A DNA stretch of 64,000 nucleotides from Podarcis gaigeae (lineage: Eukaryota). This document shows positions 1 through 14,800 of the stretch, piece by piece. Made by a program: the position numbers and the translations under genes. The notes beneath the pieces were generated by a model that had not been told where the DNA came from, did no database searches, and was given only the letters and a program-made list of their open reading frames with translations. Where the stretch lies: NCBI GenBank assembly GCA_964106915.2, contig OZ066914.1. One strand, given 5' to 3'. Position 1 is the first letter of the stretch, and each line of letters starts with the position of its first letter.

Positions 1-2098
1 AGGCTTCTAAACAATGAGCTGTAAGTAAATGAAGGCGTAAGGAAAACTTAAAATGTTACCTTTGTATCATGGGAGCATCTGTGACATGCACAGATGAAGG
101 TTGCCAGTACAAGACCTGACTCTGAAACTGAAATAATGGCAAAATGGCCCCAGGAAACCCAGAATGAAACATTTATGCAGTCTGCTAATTCCCAGGCCTT
201 CCTTGCAACTCAGGCCTCTTTGGCTAGGAACCGAAAAGATGCACCACAACTTCACAAGAGGACTTTCTAAACTGCGGCAATCTGAAAAACTTGAGGAAAA
301 AGACAGAAGAGTGCCTCCACCATTCCATGCACAGAAGCTAACACAAACACTGCCTTCTAGCCTATTTGTGCACTCTGCATACACCCAGAGACACAAGCAT
401 CTGTTGGCATTCTTAATTATGCCACCTGAGGCAGCCACCTCACCCTTACTAATGATAGGGCTGGCCCTGGTGAAAAAGGATGCCCCTTGATAAATAGAAA
501 ACTCATGTGAGCATTGTGAAAGTACCTTACAGCAGCAGCTTCCAAAATTGATTCTGAATTACACATTATATTGAGTGATTAGTCAATATAATCCATACCT
601 ACAGCATGTTGAGTATGGACATGGAACACCCTGATCTGAATCCCTGCAACACTATGGTCAAGTAGCCTTGACCAAATTTCCATCTTTCTGTCTGAAACTA
701 CCTCACTAGGTTGCTGTAAGACTGAAACACTCCGCTCTAAAGTCCTTAAAGAGAGAAGAGAAACATTAAGCCCTAAAACGGCCCAGAAACAAATGCAGAC
801 TAGAAGCCCAGCATAAAGAAAACTTATACTTGTCCTGTTCTTTGACAGAAAATGTTTTAATCTGCTATGTAAATTATATTGCTCCAAACCAAGAGTTAAA
901 TGTTATCTTTCTTAACATTTAAGGAATGGCAACATTTTCTAGTGGAAAAGTGTTGTTCCACAACCGCATGACTCAAAATCAGAGTCATGCTGCTTAAATT
1001 TTACACCAAGCTAGGAAAGCCTATTCTGAAAAGAAGCTTAATTCATGAAATCTGACATTTTCAAATAAATTAACATTTCTAAAAGTCTCTGGAAAATATG
1101 CTCCTTTGTGTCAATTTAAATGGGTTACAATGCACTACATGGGCTTCATTCTCAGACATTGTTGGGTAAAATTCCACACTTATGTAAATGCAATCTGAAC
1201 TCTAGCACAAAATACTATTTTGAAGACTCTAAACTTTCACTTTAAACTGCTTCAAGCCTTTAGGGATGTAGGCGTGAATTATTTTTCCAGTTACCCAATT
1301 CACAATAAGAGGTGGCTCTTTAATCCAAATTATGCACAAAATCCAGCTGCATGTGGAAAACATCCAAACATATTAGTAACCCGGTAATATATGTGCATCT
1401 CCATGTATTATCCATATAGTAGCCTGTGCTATCATGTCCATCTGTCCTCTTTTATATAGAACAAATGTCTGGTTATTTTACAGAAGATGGTTTTGATCTC
1501 CATTGCGGGCCAGAAAAGGGTATGAGAGAAAGAAGGCAGCAGGATGATTGCCATATTACTTTAAAATCATAGCACTTTCTGGTTTCTATTTACAGTACTG
1601 TATTACTCCTTTCACACATATAGTAAGTTGGATACAGCACCAATATGCTGTGCTTTTCCAGCATGAGATTTGCATAATTTTGACAACTTCCAGACATGCA
1701 GCATGAGTGTTTGTCCATGAGTGTTTGTGAATATTGTTCAATGTTCACTTTCACAGCCTGTATCTTTCACCAATTTTGCAAAGCAACAACGTGCCTGTAG
1801 CCTCAAGTTGACATATGGTTTCTTGGCTGCAGCAAGTTATGGAACATAAATTTACAGTTTAGGAAATGTAAGTAAATCTGAATCCAACCCATTCCACCTT
1901 CTTCTTAAAGCTTCCCTAGATTCTCTATCTTTGGATTAAACCTATATCTCTCTAGATGTTGTTGGACTCTACAACTTCCTTCAGACCTGGCCAACATGAC
2001 CAATTGCCAGAGTTTAAGGGAGACATAATTCAGCAATATCTGAAGGGCCACGGCCTCCTCTTTTCTGTTCTACTCATTCCTAGGTCCATTGTCTAAAG

Positions 2099-2232
2099 AA
2101 GTTTCCCAAACCTGGGTCTCCAGCTGCTTTTGGACTATGGTTCCCATCATTCCTGACCACTGGTCTTGCTAGCTAGGGATGATAGGAGTTGTAGTCCAAA
2201 AACAGCTAGAGACCCAAGTTTGGGAAACACTG
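2099..2232. mobile_element. hAT-type palindromic MITE
   Basis: Long inverted arms ending GGGAAACACTG; 8-bp TSD GTCTAAAG/GTCTGAAG. Confidence 0.75.
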
Positions 2233-2506
2233 GTCTGAAGTGTGAAATACAGTGGATTCTTTTATTTCTAGAAGTGAATAAATTTTAGTTATTATTGCAA
2301 AGAAAAACCATATTGGAACTCAAAAAAGATAAATATTAGTTAATGGTCAAATGTGTACATTAAAGATAGAATATTTTCATGCCGTTCTGTTGAATTATAT
2401 AGGGACCAAGCTATAAGTGGACACAGGCATGTGCCTCCAATACCATATTATTCTAAGGCTAGATTTTAAGTTTTTCGTTTTAAAAAGGTAAAATAAAAGG
2501 TCTTAC

Positions 2507-2603
2507 CACTTCTGGAAGCAATTTAATTGCAAGGTCGTGGATGGCTTTGATCACTATACATAGTGAAGACAGGAGAAATATCACACCCAAGATGACACAG
2601 GCG
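2507..2603 (-). CDS. TMEM163: TMEM163 coding exon 5 (ACVILGVIFLLSSLCIVIKAIHDLAIKLLPEV); gene continues beyond the left edge
   Basis: 97-nt exon with acceptor ttttttacag and donor gtaaga. It lies within ORF-track entry 2480..2689(-). Confidence 0.97.
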
Positions 2604-5600
2604 CTGTAAAAAAAGAAGAAAGAAAAAAATATTTGTAACTCATTTGGAGCTTTGTGGCCTATTGATTGATGGCACACAGGATTCTGCAATGAACATAATG
2701 TTCAGAGAGTGAATGTCTACTGAAGTCCTAGAGGCTGCTATACTGAATGAAGAGAAGCACACTCTGCCCTTTGCCATTGGACAGGAAACCAAAGGCCACT
2801 GGGAAACTGCTCCTCCTGCGTCCCATGAAAAATTATCACTGCAAAGAAAGAAAACATCATAGCAATCTTGTGGAAAAATCATCACTGCAAGGGGGAAGAT
2901 CAGCCTGGCCCCATGCAACAGCATGGGTAAAATAAATATCAGGTCCTTTTAATCACAAGAATGGAAAAGAGAATTATTGTTAGGAACTCCAAGGTCTGAA
3001 TTAGACATTTTGTGGTAATATGATGCATGCCCTATCAACTAGTAAGCTACCAGAGTATGAATACCCTCAGGCCTCATGGTCCAGGAGCTGGGAGGCGGGG
3101 GAGGGGCAGTTTGACAAGGTAAATGTGTACAAACTTTCTAGGAAGCGTTTAGCAATTTTCCTGTTGTATTTCCCAGTGTTTAGAAGTTTAAACATTACTG
3201 TGCAAATAAGATAGAAACCTATGCAGAGGTTTCTAAACTGCAATTTGAAGTAGAAACTGTGCTGCACTGCTAATGGAAGTCATTTTTAGGGAATTCTCTA
3301 TCTCAAACAAATCCTATGTAAACAGAACTCCTGGTAACCATGGTGTTTTGAACATCTCCCAGACTATTCTGATAAATGATGCTGTATGATAATTCCTTTT
3401 GTAACCAGCATCTGTTTTCTTTATTATAAGAAATAAAGAAGCAACGATTCTCATCTGGCATTCAGTGTCTTGTCACCTATTGGGAGCGCAGTCTGAGGCT
3501 GTTATAATTAGCACAGCAGTGCACTACTATTTTTTACCCTGCAGACATTAGCCAATCTGGAGGTTTGGCAGAACATGCAAAATTTACATCAAACTCATTA
3601 AAGAGGCTGCAAAGGAGTCAGCAGGGTTCTGCCAAGCTTAAGAAATGCAAGCTCAAGTTGTGACATCGTCACAACATTTTGTGGCATACCATATTCAGAA
3701 ATGAAGACATGGGGCCTTATGCTAAAGCACATTTGCTGGTGATTCCAAGATGCTAAAGCTCTGTCTGTGTTGCTCTCCCAGGAACAACTGTAAGAGCAGG
3801 AAGGAAGATTGGCTGCATAGATCACTGCAAAATCAGACAGGATTTTCTCACTGATGTTACAGCAAGACTACAGAATTCTGTCACTGGAGAAATGAGGACA
3901 AACCTTCACTGGTCTTAGGATAAATATTCAACACTTTGTGAAGGCAGATATCCAAAATAAACTTGTGTAAGGTAAGGTCCTCTACCTGTAGCAGAGATGG
4001 CACAGCCAGTCACGGGACTGTGGGACCCTTGGCAAAGCTGATGCACTCAAGAGTGTGTCTATACCAAAATGTATCCTTAGCACTTGGCCCAACCTCTGCT
4101 TCTGCATCAACTCCCAGCCCAAACCAGCTTGTTTCCATTTGTTTCACTAAGCCAAGCCTCACTGATGCAGACAGGAAGAGGTGCAATTTAAAAAAAACAA
4201 AACACCACTAACTGGCTCTGATCATTACTGAGCCAGTCTTAATTCAGAAATTATCTGTCCACACCACTGAGAGCTCCCCAAACCCCTTCCTTTCTACTGG
4301 CACCCATCCACAGATTCTTTGACCCACTTTCTTCTCTACCCTACTTTCTTGAGTGGTAGTTCTCCAGTGGTGGCAGCAAACAGGGAAGAGAAGAATTTCT
4401 GCAAGTAGCAATGCTGTTCTGCCAATAGCAGCAGGCACAAAAGGAAAGGCCTCTCCATCTTCCCCTCCCATACCTGATATACTACTATGCAGTACGCCAG
4501 CCACAAACAGCCTGTGGAAATGTAGCTTCCCCAAGGCAGACATTGCAGTAGACCTTGAGAAAATGATATTTCACATATGTGGTTTACCATTTTCACGCAA
4601 AAAGGGGAGGCTTAAAATATGGGTTTTATTCTCTAACCTAAATTTGTTGCCTCCTTTTCTACCCAGCAGAGAGGAAACATACAAGGAATCAAAATCTGAA
4701 TAGCTTATTACATCAAAAATCGGAAGCTTGTGTCCACATCAAATGGGTTAAAATGTACAGGAAACTATGGCTAAAATGGAAATTTATGTTTCAGGATTAT
4801 TAAAATAATAATAATTCTGTGGCAGCTGCCACAGACAACAGCTATCAGTTTATATTTAGCAGAATACTGACACCTTGGATAGGGTGAAAATGCAAACAAA
4901 AAGGGAGAGGAGCGCTATTATCTTTTGAATGATTTATCACTCATTCATCATATTTAGCTAGGGCAGCATCTTTTTTAATATACTTGTTGCGAAATTCTGC
5001 GGTCATGCAAAATTCATGAGTGTGCCTGTCTTTATACCTATAGCAGAATATCTTAATGGCTGAGGCACTTCTAAGTGTGCTGATTTCTCTCTGCACTGCA
5101 GCTAGAATGCTTTATTGTACACTATACTGTTCCAGTGCTAGCAAACAAAAACCTGATAAAACTAGAAAGTCACCCAAAAAGGTACATAAGAATGAGAAAA
5201 TAACATTTTTTACTGAAATTATAAAGGGCTATACCTAGAGAAAAGCCTGTGGAATACATCTGGGGTGCAAGTTGACTTTCCCAGCCCCTCTTCACCTACA
5301 CAAAACACACACACACAGCCTCCCTAGGATCTGGTAACCTAAACAATGTGACCTGTAATGTAAGGGAGGTGCTGGAAAATCAGGTAAAGGCAGTGGAAAA
5401 TAACTTATTTTTCAAGTCATCTAAGCCTACACAACATTTTATTTTAAAATCAATGAAGACTGAGTACTTGGGGGGGGGGGCGCTTCTGTCTAGTCGACCC
5501 ATTATCTAGATCTATTGCATATATTTTATCCCTGAAATGCACTTCTTGAAAACCAGTTGTATTCCAAAAATAACAGCTCATTGCAGGTTGATTCCAGATT

Positions 5601-6940
5601 TCCTAACAGTGTATCCATTGGGAAACAGATTAAAACTGATGTAACGGAAATGGTGCATGTATATCCACACATGCTCATTGGTGTTGTGGGTGGGCATATA
5701 CCAAGACTGCAATCACCACTTCCTCCTTCATTAACTTGCAGCATGTGCAGGGAGAAAAAGGCATGGATAACCTAATCAGGGGGGTCAGTTTCCAACCACA
5801 CCAACCCTTTTGGATGGAAGCAGCACGTTGAGGACAAGAATGGACAGTTCTGGTTTGTGGGGCGGTACTTTTTTGCCACTAATTGGCTAGTATATATGCA
5901 GCCTAAGAGGGTAATAAAGTTAAGCTGCAACCCACTGGCATTATTTTTCTGCCCACATTTTATCAATACAGTGAATTTCATTAGCCTCCTGAAGACTGCA
6001 CACATGACATGCTGACATGCTGCACACATGACAGAGCTTGGTTTACTGGACACAATACATAGTATGTATTTTGCAGCAGCTGGTTGAGTTGGAACAGAGC
6101 CTACAGGTGAGCATGACTTAACATGGTCATTTTGAAATGGATATTTTTAAGGAAGCTTCCTTCCGTAGTGCGAAAAAAATGCTTCCAATTTATGAGACCT
6201 AGGAATAGAGCTGCCTGACCTTTGAGATACAAACACTTAGAAATTACATGTGGGAAGTGATAGGGAGCAGCACCAGCAGGTTTAAATAGGTTGGGGTGAA
6301 AGGTTTTCTTCCCTGATACACAAAAAAGGGTAACCTCAATGCTTAACAACTTTGGGGGAAAAGGCAACTAGCCTCTGGTTTGTGCTGAGCACTAGTCAAA
6401 GAGTGATACGAAATTGAGGGGAAAGTTCCTAAAAATCCAAAATGAGGCCATGAGTATGTCCTCCTTATTGCTCAAAATTAAGATACAGTGGACTGTAAAT
6501 AATATATAATGGCAATATGCTCATGAAAGTCATTTTTCACTGACTGACTCCACTTGAATCAATAAAAGTGCTTTAAAATTACCAAATGTGGGGGGTGGAT
6601 GGGAGAAATTCATGAAAGAGAAAACAGTTAATTGCTGATAAGATAAGCGATGCATCTCCACTACAATTTAACAAATGTGTGGAAGCAAACCGCATGTCTG
6701 AAAATACATCAGTAAGAAGCACCAGGAATTTCAGCTAGCCACAATTTCTGGGTGGCATTTGTCTTGCCTCTTTAAGCATGCAGCTCCCACCAACACACTA
6801 CTATGGCCACTGTAGTAGATAAACAATGTTTTGTCTATTCTATAAATCTGAAGTGGCCCAATGTCAAAAACAAAACTTCAAAGCAATTATTCAAATAGGC
6901 AAATGTCTAGGGGAGCCATCAAAACTAGGGCTGGGGTAGG

Positions 6941-7182
6941 AAGAAGAAGAAGAAGAGTTTGGATTTGATATCCTGCCTTTCACTCCCCTTCAGGAGTCTC
7001 AAAGTGGCTAACATTCTCCTTTCCCTTCCTCCTCCACAACAAACACTCTGTGAGGTTAGTGGAGCTGAGAGACTTCAGAGAAGCGTGATTGGCCCAAGGT
7101 CACCCAGCAGCTGCATGTGGAGGAGCGGAGACGCGAACCCGGTTCCCCAGATTACAAGACTACCGCTCTTAACCACTACATC
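6941..7182 (-). mobile_element. tRNA-derived squamate SINE (Squam3-like) with (CTT)n tail
   Basis: The minus strand begins TGTAGTGGTTAAGAGCGGTAG (A box), followed by GGGTTCGCGTCTCC (B box), and ends in CTT repeats. Confidence 0.8.
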
Positions 7183-9750
7183 TATGGCCCTCTATATTAC
7201 ATTGGATCGAACTCCCATCAGCCCCAACCAGCATTGCTTATAGTCCAGAATGATAGGAATTACCAGTCCAGCAACATCTGGAGGACCACAGTTCCCCATC
7301 TCTGGACTAGGGGTGTATAGGATGCTGCTTTTTGTTCTGTTTTGAGTGAATAGAACCCTAAATGTGTGTTTATGCCCATGTGATGGTAGCATTCCCTCCT
7401 CTTTCAGACGATTCCTTCATCCTACAAGGAGAGCTGTGATGTCATGATGACCACCTACTGGAGAAGAATGAATCTGTAACAGCATGTGAAGTTGTCTGCA
7501 TCTCTTTGTGAGGCTAGCCCTCAGGCTTTGCAATCTCAAAGGCTTTTCTGTTTCGAGTCATCCCTCTGAAAATCGTTCACCACTCCACTGTTCCATGTAA
7601 GAATATTCAGCAATGTTTTGTCGCAACTACTATTTTACAGTACATCTCTCTCTCTAACCGAAGAGCAAAATGTAGTTTATATAATTTAGCTTCTGTAAAA
7701 TATCCAGTGTGGGATATCTCCCTGTCTAATTATAATCCCGCTGACTTTCCAGCAAACGGAATGTAGTAAAAATATGTCTAAATGGGTATATAATAAAGCC
7801 CCTGGTAATTACTACTCTCAGTTCAATCTGCTGAGAGCAGCAGAGGTGTGGCAACAGAATTAAGCATTAAGTAAAAATTAGTGAAGCATGCAAATACAAT
7901 CTGTACAAATGTTTTCACTTAAACTTGCCAGTACATAGATATTATGCTGCCTCCCTCCTTTAGTGCACTCTGCGTAGCAAGATATCTTTCACATGGAGTT
8001 GAAACCAATTTTAGCAGCTCTCCGCATAGTTAATTAGGATATTCACTGAACTGTGATGACATTTTGCTAAATAAAACAAGATTGTCAATATCAGTCAAAT
8101 AACTAGCTAGTCGACTTTGTTAGCTTGTGCTTATCTTACAGCTTGGCTGTCAAAGCTGCCAGAAAAACAGACCTTGTTTTCTTCTAACATAAGACCTTTT
8201 GTTAAATAAAAATCAACAAAGCAATAGCTTTTATTCTTATTACAAAGCAATAGCTAACATAGTATGTCAAAATTCTCATGCAACAATTAAGCATGTGCTT
8301 CACATTTCCATTGAGGTCAATGGGATTTTAGATTGCTGAACCTTTTGACTGAATTGTATCTCTGATTTATGTTCACTGCAAAATGTTCAACATCTTTGGG
8401 GGGTATTATTGTATGTACCTCAGGAATCTAAACTTCATGCTATGGGTGAAACAAAATTAAAGACTGTAAGAAGATTATTCAGCTGAGCAAAAGTACTCCT
8501 GCCCACCATCAAAATCAGGATAGCCAGGTCCAGGTGCAATTTCTGTGGTTATAAAAAGTTAATCAGGAGTTTATTTGTTAAAAAGGAAAGTAAAACTATT
8601 CCTCAGAGTTGAGGGAACAACTGCATATTTCTAGCTCAACAATCATTTTGCCAACACAATCCTATGTGTAGCTACTCAGATGTCCCACTGAGTCCAAAGT
8701 GACTTGCTCACCAGTAAGTGTGTGCTACAAGGTGCCTGTGGGATCAATAATGCCCCTGAGGTCTGCCCATGAAGCCTCAGCCCTGGCCCTGACACACTGC
8801 ACCCCTGGTCATGAGGTGGGGAGGGCTATTGTCTTTTTTCTGCCCTTGAAAAGTACATAGAGCTGAAGGAGGAAGAACCATCTTCCTCACCCATGAAAGA
8901 GACACCTTTTGGACCACTTGTATAACACTGTGCCCATTCCCACTTACTGCAGCAAAAGACTGGAACCGATGTCTTACTCATATCCATTAGGTTGTAACCT
9001 AGGGAGTTAATACATTTTAACACTCTTTACAAAATCTTTGCACACTTTGTATATCTCTTTGGCTTAATAACCAGCAAGCCTCCATTGAAGGTGTAGAGTT
9101 TCCATCTGTTCTATAGCGCAAGTAGCCCAACTTTCATTTGGAAACACCAACTATTGTGAAATATAACTGATGATTTAATATCCATGCGGCATTTGTCTTT
9201 CTTTCTTACAAAGCAAACTGAAAATTGTTGGTTAATGCCAATGATCAAGTAGACAATAAAATATCTTCACCCCATGTGCAGTTCTCATGCTTTAAAAATT
9301 CTATTACTATGTCCTTGGTTAGAGTAAACTACATTAAGCAAAAGGCAGTGAACAGCTGGTCATCACGCTTATACATACTGTATAATCATCTGTTTTTCGA
9401 AATCCTGAATGCTTCTTTGTGTTTATCAGAGTACTGTGAGTTACTTTAATACGTGACAGGGATTTTGATGATTTTTTCCAATAGCAGTAAAAATTCATTT
9501 CCAAGGGCATAGCATGTTAGTCCATCATAACAAAAATAACAAAGAGCCTTGCGGCTCCTTAAAGAGTAATAAATTTGTTATGGTATAAGTTTTCATGGAC
9601 TCAAGCCCACTGCACATCTAATGAAGTGGACCATGATCCAAAAAGTTTATGCTATAATAGGTGTGTTAATCTTCAATGTGTCACAAGGCTCTCAGTTACA
9701 GACTGATTTAACAGTATTAATTAGTTCTGTACTCTATTTTCAAAAAAGTA

Positions 9751-9900
9751 CTGTATTTTTTCATGCATAAGTCACCCCCTATTTTTGGGGACTCCAAATT
9801 AAGAAAACACCCCTCAGCAATACCCGTGTATAAGACGAACCCCAATTTTAAACCTATTTTTTTGGTTAAAAAACCAAGTCTTATACACAGAAAAATACGG
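9751..9900. mobile_element. Tc1/mariner (pogo/Tigger-like) MITE
   Basis: TA-flanked termini CTGTATTTTT...AAAAATACGG, with internal TATAAGAC/GTCTTATA inverted motifs. Confidence 0.7.
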
Positions 9901-11296
9901 TATTTGGTGCTTAAGTTGTCATTAGACTCTCACAGCACTGCAGCAATGAAAATGTAAGTCATGGGGCTATGCCAACATGTGGCAGGAGAGACTCTGGCCT
10001 CCGTTTTCTTTCTTGGGCAGGAAGAGGGTTATTGGAAAGTGGGAGATATTGACATCAGTCCCTTGTCATAGCTGGATCACCTCCTGCTGAGTTTTAAGCT
10101 TTCAGCACCTTTTCCCTTCTGCAGAGGTGAGGGACCTATTAGGATGATCTGCCCTTAGATTCTGATAGAGTCAATTGGCTCCCAGGTGGCGGGCAGGGAG
10201 TTAGAGTCAATATGACTGGCACTCCTGTTGAAGCCCTGGCAGATTTGTGAAATATGCAAATAGCACAAGTCACTGACCTGGTAGTCCCTGAGCTCACTCT
10301 GCCACTTTTTGGAGCCCACTTGACTCCTTGCTATACACCAGAGCTTTGGGCAATGAAACACACCAGGAAATGACTTGAACACAGATGAATGGTGAGTGCT
10401 CATTATCAAGCCTAAGTGGGCAGTAAAGGCAGCAAGGGAGACCTATTTTTCTGCTTCCATTGCAACCTCATTGTGCCGCCCCTCAGAGCTTTCCCAGGTA
10501 GTTTGGGGCCTTTTACAGTCTGGCCCAAATGAGATGGTGGAACTGATAGTAGCTTGCTGAAACTTGTTCGCAAAGCATTTTGAGGATAAAATTGCTTGCC
10601 TCTGCCAGGACCTTGTCTCTACCGTTACAGCATCAAAAGGTGTCCAGAGCACTGTCTAGGCATGTTGTGTTTCAGTTAATAAGGCTTGAGGACATCTGGA
10701 AGGTGTTTGATTCAGTCTAGGGAACCACTTGCACATTTGAACCTCACTGCTTATAAAAACAAGCTTCTGGGCCAGGGAGATGATTAACAACTCCTGGTAA
10801 GAGGGGATGTTCCCTGCCTACTCAAGGAGACAGTGGTAAGACCACCCCTTAAAAAAAAACAAAAAAACTTCCATGGATCCACAGAATTCAATTGTCTCCC
10901 CCATGCTGTTTAACATCTACAACCTCTGTATGGAATGGCACACAACGCTTGAGCTCGAGCTTACTGAAAACATACTTCTGCTCCTAGGTTGTTACAGATA
11001 CTTAATTCCAGTGGGTTATTAATCCTGCCCTGGGTTATCATTTCAAAGCATTGTGTACCTATTTTAAATTTTGTTGCACACCACCTAGAAACTCATTGTG
11101 AAAGGCAGGATAAAAAGGTTTAAATAAATAAGACTTTGTAGTCAGCTGTATAAGAGCAGGAAGGCTCATATCAGTATAGCTATTATGTTGCTAGGAGAAC
11201 ATAAAGAGGAAAACTGCCCAGAGAAAGCAGATCCCCCCCCCCGCCCTTTATCATCTCAGACTTTGATAAGTGCTAAAAATAACCATAAGTACTCAC

Positions 11297-11388
11297 ATGT
11301 ATTCTCTGTGCGCTGAATGTACTGCAGCTGCATTGCTGTAGCGCCACAGAACTATCACCGACGACAACACATCCAAAGTGGCATCAAA
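11297..11388 (-). CDS. TMEM163: TMEM163 coding exon 4 (FDATLDVLSSVIVLWRYSNAAAVHSAHREYI)
   Basis: 92-nt exon with acceptor tcttttccag and donor gtgagt. It contains the conserved DxxxD zinc-site aspartates and WRYSNAAAVHSAHREY. Confidence 0.97.
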
Positions 11389-11582
11389 CTGGAAAAGATA
11401 CAGAAGCCATTAAGGCAAGCCATGCTTAAATCAATACACTGCTAACTGTGCCACAAGCCTGTAGACTAAGTATAAATCATTTGAATAAAAGCAGGGATAA
11501 GCACAGAATAAAAGCAGTGATAAGCACAAAGGATAAGCAAACTCATCCTTTGTGCCGGAAACAAAAGACACAACAGACTTTC

Positions 11583-11757
11583 AGCTGCATGCACACTACA
11601 CATTTAAAGCCCTCTTCAAGCACATTCCCCTGCCCCAAGAATCCTGGGAAACGTAGTTTTCACTAACAGGGAAACAATTCCCAGAACTCTTAAACTGCAG
11701 TTCCCAGGATTCTTGGGAGGAGGGTTTGAGCTTTAAATGGGTACTGTGCATGCAGCC
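11583..11757. mobile_element. Palindromic MITE in TMEM163 intron 3
   Basis: Nested inverted repeats GCTGCATGCACA/TGTGCATGCAGC, CATTTAAAGC/GCTTTAAATG and CCCAAGAATCCTGGGAA/TTCCCAGGATTCTTGGG. Confidence 0.65.
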
Positions 11758-11833
11758 TTTATTGTGTCAGTCAGTTACCCCAGTCAGGGGTAGGGAGTTG
11801 TGCAATGTACATTTCAGTTAAGAGACTACTTAC

Positions 11834-11877
11834 AGCAAATCCAAATGATGAAGCACTGTACCTCATTACGGAGACAG
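11834..11877 (-). CDS. TMEM163: TMEM163 coding exon 3 (TVSVMRYSASSFGFA)
   Basis: 44-nt exon with acceptor ttcttttag and donor gtaagt. It continues the frame from exon 2. Confidence 0.96.
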
Positions 11878-14800
11878 CTAAAAGAAAAAGGGAAAAATAC
11901 TCTTTTGATCTTTTTGTTCACTGAAGTGAGGAAAAGTATCAGTTTGAAGAGGAGTAAACAAATAAAATATCACAATATATTCATTAGCAATGGTAGAGAC
12001 TCCACCAAGCTTCTGTAAATCAAAGGAGGAACAATCTGTCACTTAGGAGAGGCATGTGAAAATCATTTTTAACATTTGAGGCTGAAACAGAATCCAACTA
12101 AACATGCAGGTAACTCCACCCAATTCTTTCTTTTCAAGAAGTAAGCAACTTCATAACAGAGCTTATTCAGAGCAAAAGAGCAATCCAAATAAGTTATCTG
12201 GAAATGCCACTGAGAAGTCTACAAAATCAAGTGCAAGCCAACACTCCCATTTCTTCTGGTTTCCCTCTCAATATCAGATCTGAAATTAGATTAAAGTGGA
12301 CCCAGATATGACAGCCTTATCAAAGAGACCCTAGATCTGGTTAGCTACCACCTCATTCTAACAGCTTACTTGAGAAAGGAAAGATTTGAAACTGAACAAC
12401 CGGGGCACACTTTCCCCCAAAAACTACTTAATTTTTTAAAGGGGAAGGGGGACAACTGACAGCAGCCTGGTTAAATTTATCTATGAAGGGCAAAGGTCTA
12501 AAGGTCAAGATCACTGGCTGGCCATTCAGCTCAAAGGACTTGATCCATATTTTCAAGCTACAGGTACTGACTTCTCTAACCAATAGCCAAGAGGTTCAGG
12601 ACACTTTAGATACAGGAACTGTATTCAAAGAGAAGTACACAGATCTGACATAATTTATCCAATGAATGTTTTACAAACATGTCATTGTGAACTATGGAAT
12701 AATCAGCATTAACAAATAATGGCTCAATAGCTATTAAAGCCAGGTATTATCCAAAATAGCTCAACTTACTGACACTGCACAGACAGTGATGTGGGAAAAT
12801 ACAGCATGTACATTTTGATGCCATCACTGCACACAGTGGTGCAGTTAGAGATATTTCAGACTCATTATTTACAGGGAGAGGCCTCTTTAGGTGGCAGTAT
12901 TAACTTACTTCAAAATATAACCCACCTCTGCTGCATTTAGGGGGCTTCCTGTTGTACCCTCACAGCACCACTGATTGCATCAAGTAGACTTTGATCATTT
13001 CCAAATTGTGTTGGCTTTCTTCCAAGTTTTCTTTCACCTACATTCTAGCAATCACACCTCCACTTTGTTGCATGCGGTTGATCACTTTACCATGGGATTT
13101 TTACAAGTGCTACTATCAGGAAGGAAGGAATTGTCTGGGAAATAATCATTTTAAAAACCTCTGAAGAATTGTTAAAATCAACTTTATCATTGGCATTTCC
13201 ATAGTGGGACTAACCCAAAGGGAACATTTAATTTTCAGCATTGCAACAAGAACAAGTCCTAATTACAACATTCCTGAGCAAAGTAGGAATAATGGGGGTT
13301 AATGGAATATTTATCATGCTTGCATCCCACCCATTCTTGGCCGTAATAGGGACTATGCCAAAACACAACAAAAGCACTACACCAGTTCAGAACATCAGAC
13401 CTGTGCAACATCTTTAGTCTATCTGCAAACCTCCAACAACAGGCACCAAAGCAGCCAAAGCTATTTTGGGCAAGTTTTATGTCCATTTCAACTCAAAGAT
13501 GAAAATGTGGTTTATGAGAAGAACTGCTTTTTTCAAAGATCTCAGAAACCTGAAGAAAGCTGAACCATTTGTAAAGAGTCTCGTACAAACAAGCTGAACA
13601 TTCAGTTTACTGATAAAAAGGAGCACTAGGGAGAAAGACTAGTGCTTGGGATTCTAGGCAAAGAGGTTTATTGAATAGTGAAGCTAATGGAAGACCTAAC
13701 CTTTCACAAAAGCCACAGAGATGGTGAGACAATCCAAATTTATCAAAAAGCCAGTTTTAGGGAGGGAAGACAGTTTTGCTCTACTCCCATAAAAACACGA
13801 GAAATAGTCATTTTGAAAAGGGCAAATTCACTCCTCGTGTCTCTGCGGAAACAGCACAAAAGCCAGTCCAGAAAAATTAGCACAGCGATTTTAAAAGCAC
13901 TCTACAGTACAGCAAAAGGACCACCCTTTCAGATCACATATGCAAGGGATGGAAAAGTTCACAACATTGGAGTGTTAGTTCAAATAGAGGAACATAGCAC
14001 CACCACTGTTCAGTAACAGAGCATTTTGCTTGTGTGTGGTACAAGTGACCACAGCAGTGGGTGGCAAATATGGTAAAGGCACTGGTTCTCCCAACAACAA
14101 TTCATTTTAAACAGTTAGGAAACAATAACTCCAGTTTGTTCAAGGGACAACTGCACATGGTGACTTTTGCATTTTCTGCAAGTAGGCAGTTTCTCATGAG
14201 TAGTTCAAGCCAGGTAGTGATGACTTCTACCTGAGGGAGAGCATAATATGAGAACATGTACATTTCGGGGGGGGGGGGCTGCAAAGAATTCTAGATATGA
14301 ATAAGGCAGTAGCCACTGCATATAGTCCAGGGAATGCCCTCTTTTGGATGCTTTGCAACAGAAGCTGTAAAAAGAAACAGTTTGTGTTAACTGTGTATGC
14401 AGTATGAAGCTGCTAAGCAGGATAATCATTTAGTTTCTAGGTTCAGTTTAAACTGCTGGTTTGGGCCTATAGAGCTTTATGCAGCTCAGGACCCCAACAC
14501 TTCAGGGAAAATCTTTATCCATATAAACCTACCTGGATCCTGCATTCATTAGAAACCCTTCTCAGAGTGCCCCCTCCAAGGGATGTGCAGAAGGTCACAT
14601 TGTGAGAAACACGACGTGTGGAATGCTCTCCCTAGGGAAGCACACCTGGTACTATCACTGCTGGCTTTAAGATGTCAGGCTAAGGCATTTTAGTATATCC
14701 AGCCTTTGGGTTGATTTAACTGGGATCATACTATAATAAGATCTCTGGCCTGTTTGCTACCTTTTAGTTTAGTAGAGTAGGTTTTGTCCTTTTTAAAATA

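Noticed and set aside
60-282. Exon-like segment with AG/GT boundaries on the minus strand
   Set aside because: No frame resembles TMEM163 exon 6 (DDFLFSVSILSG...), and it has no recognisable homology.
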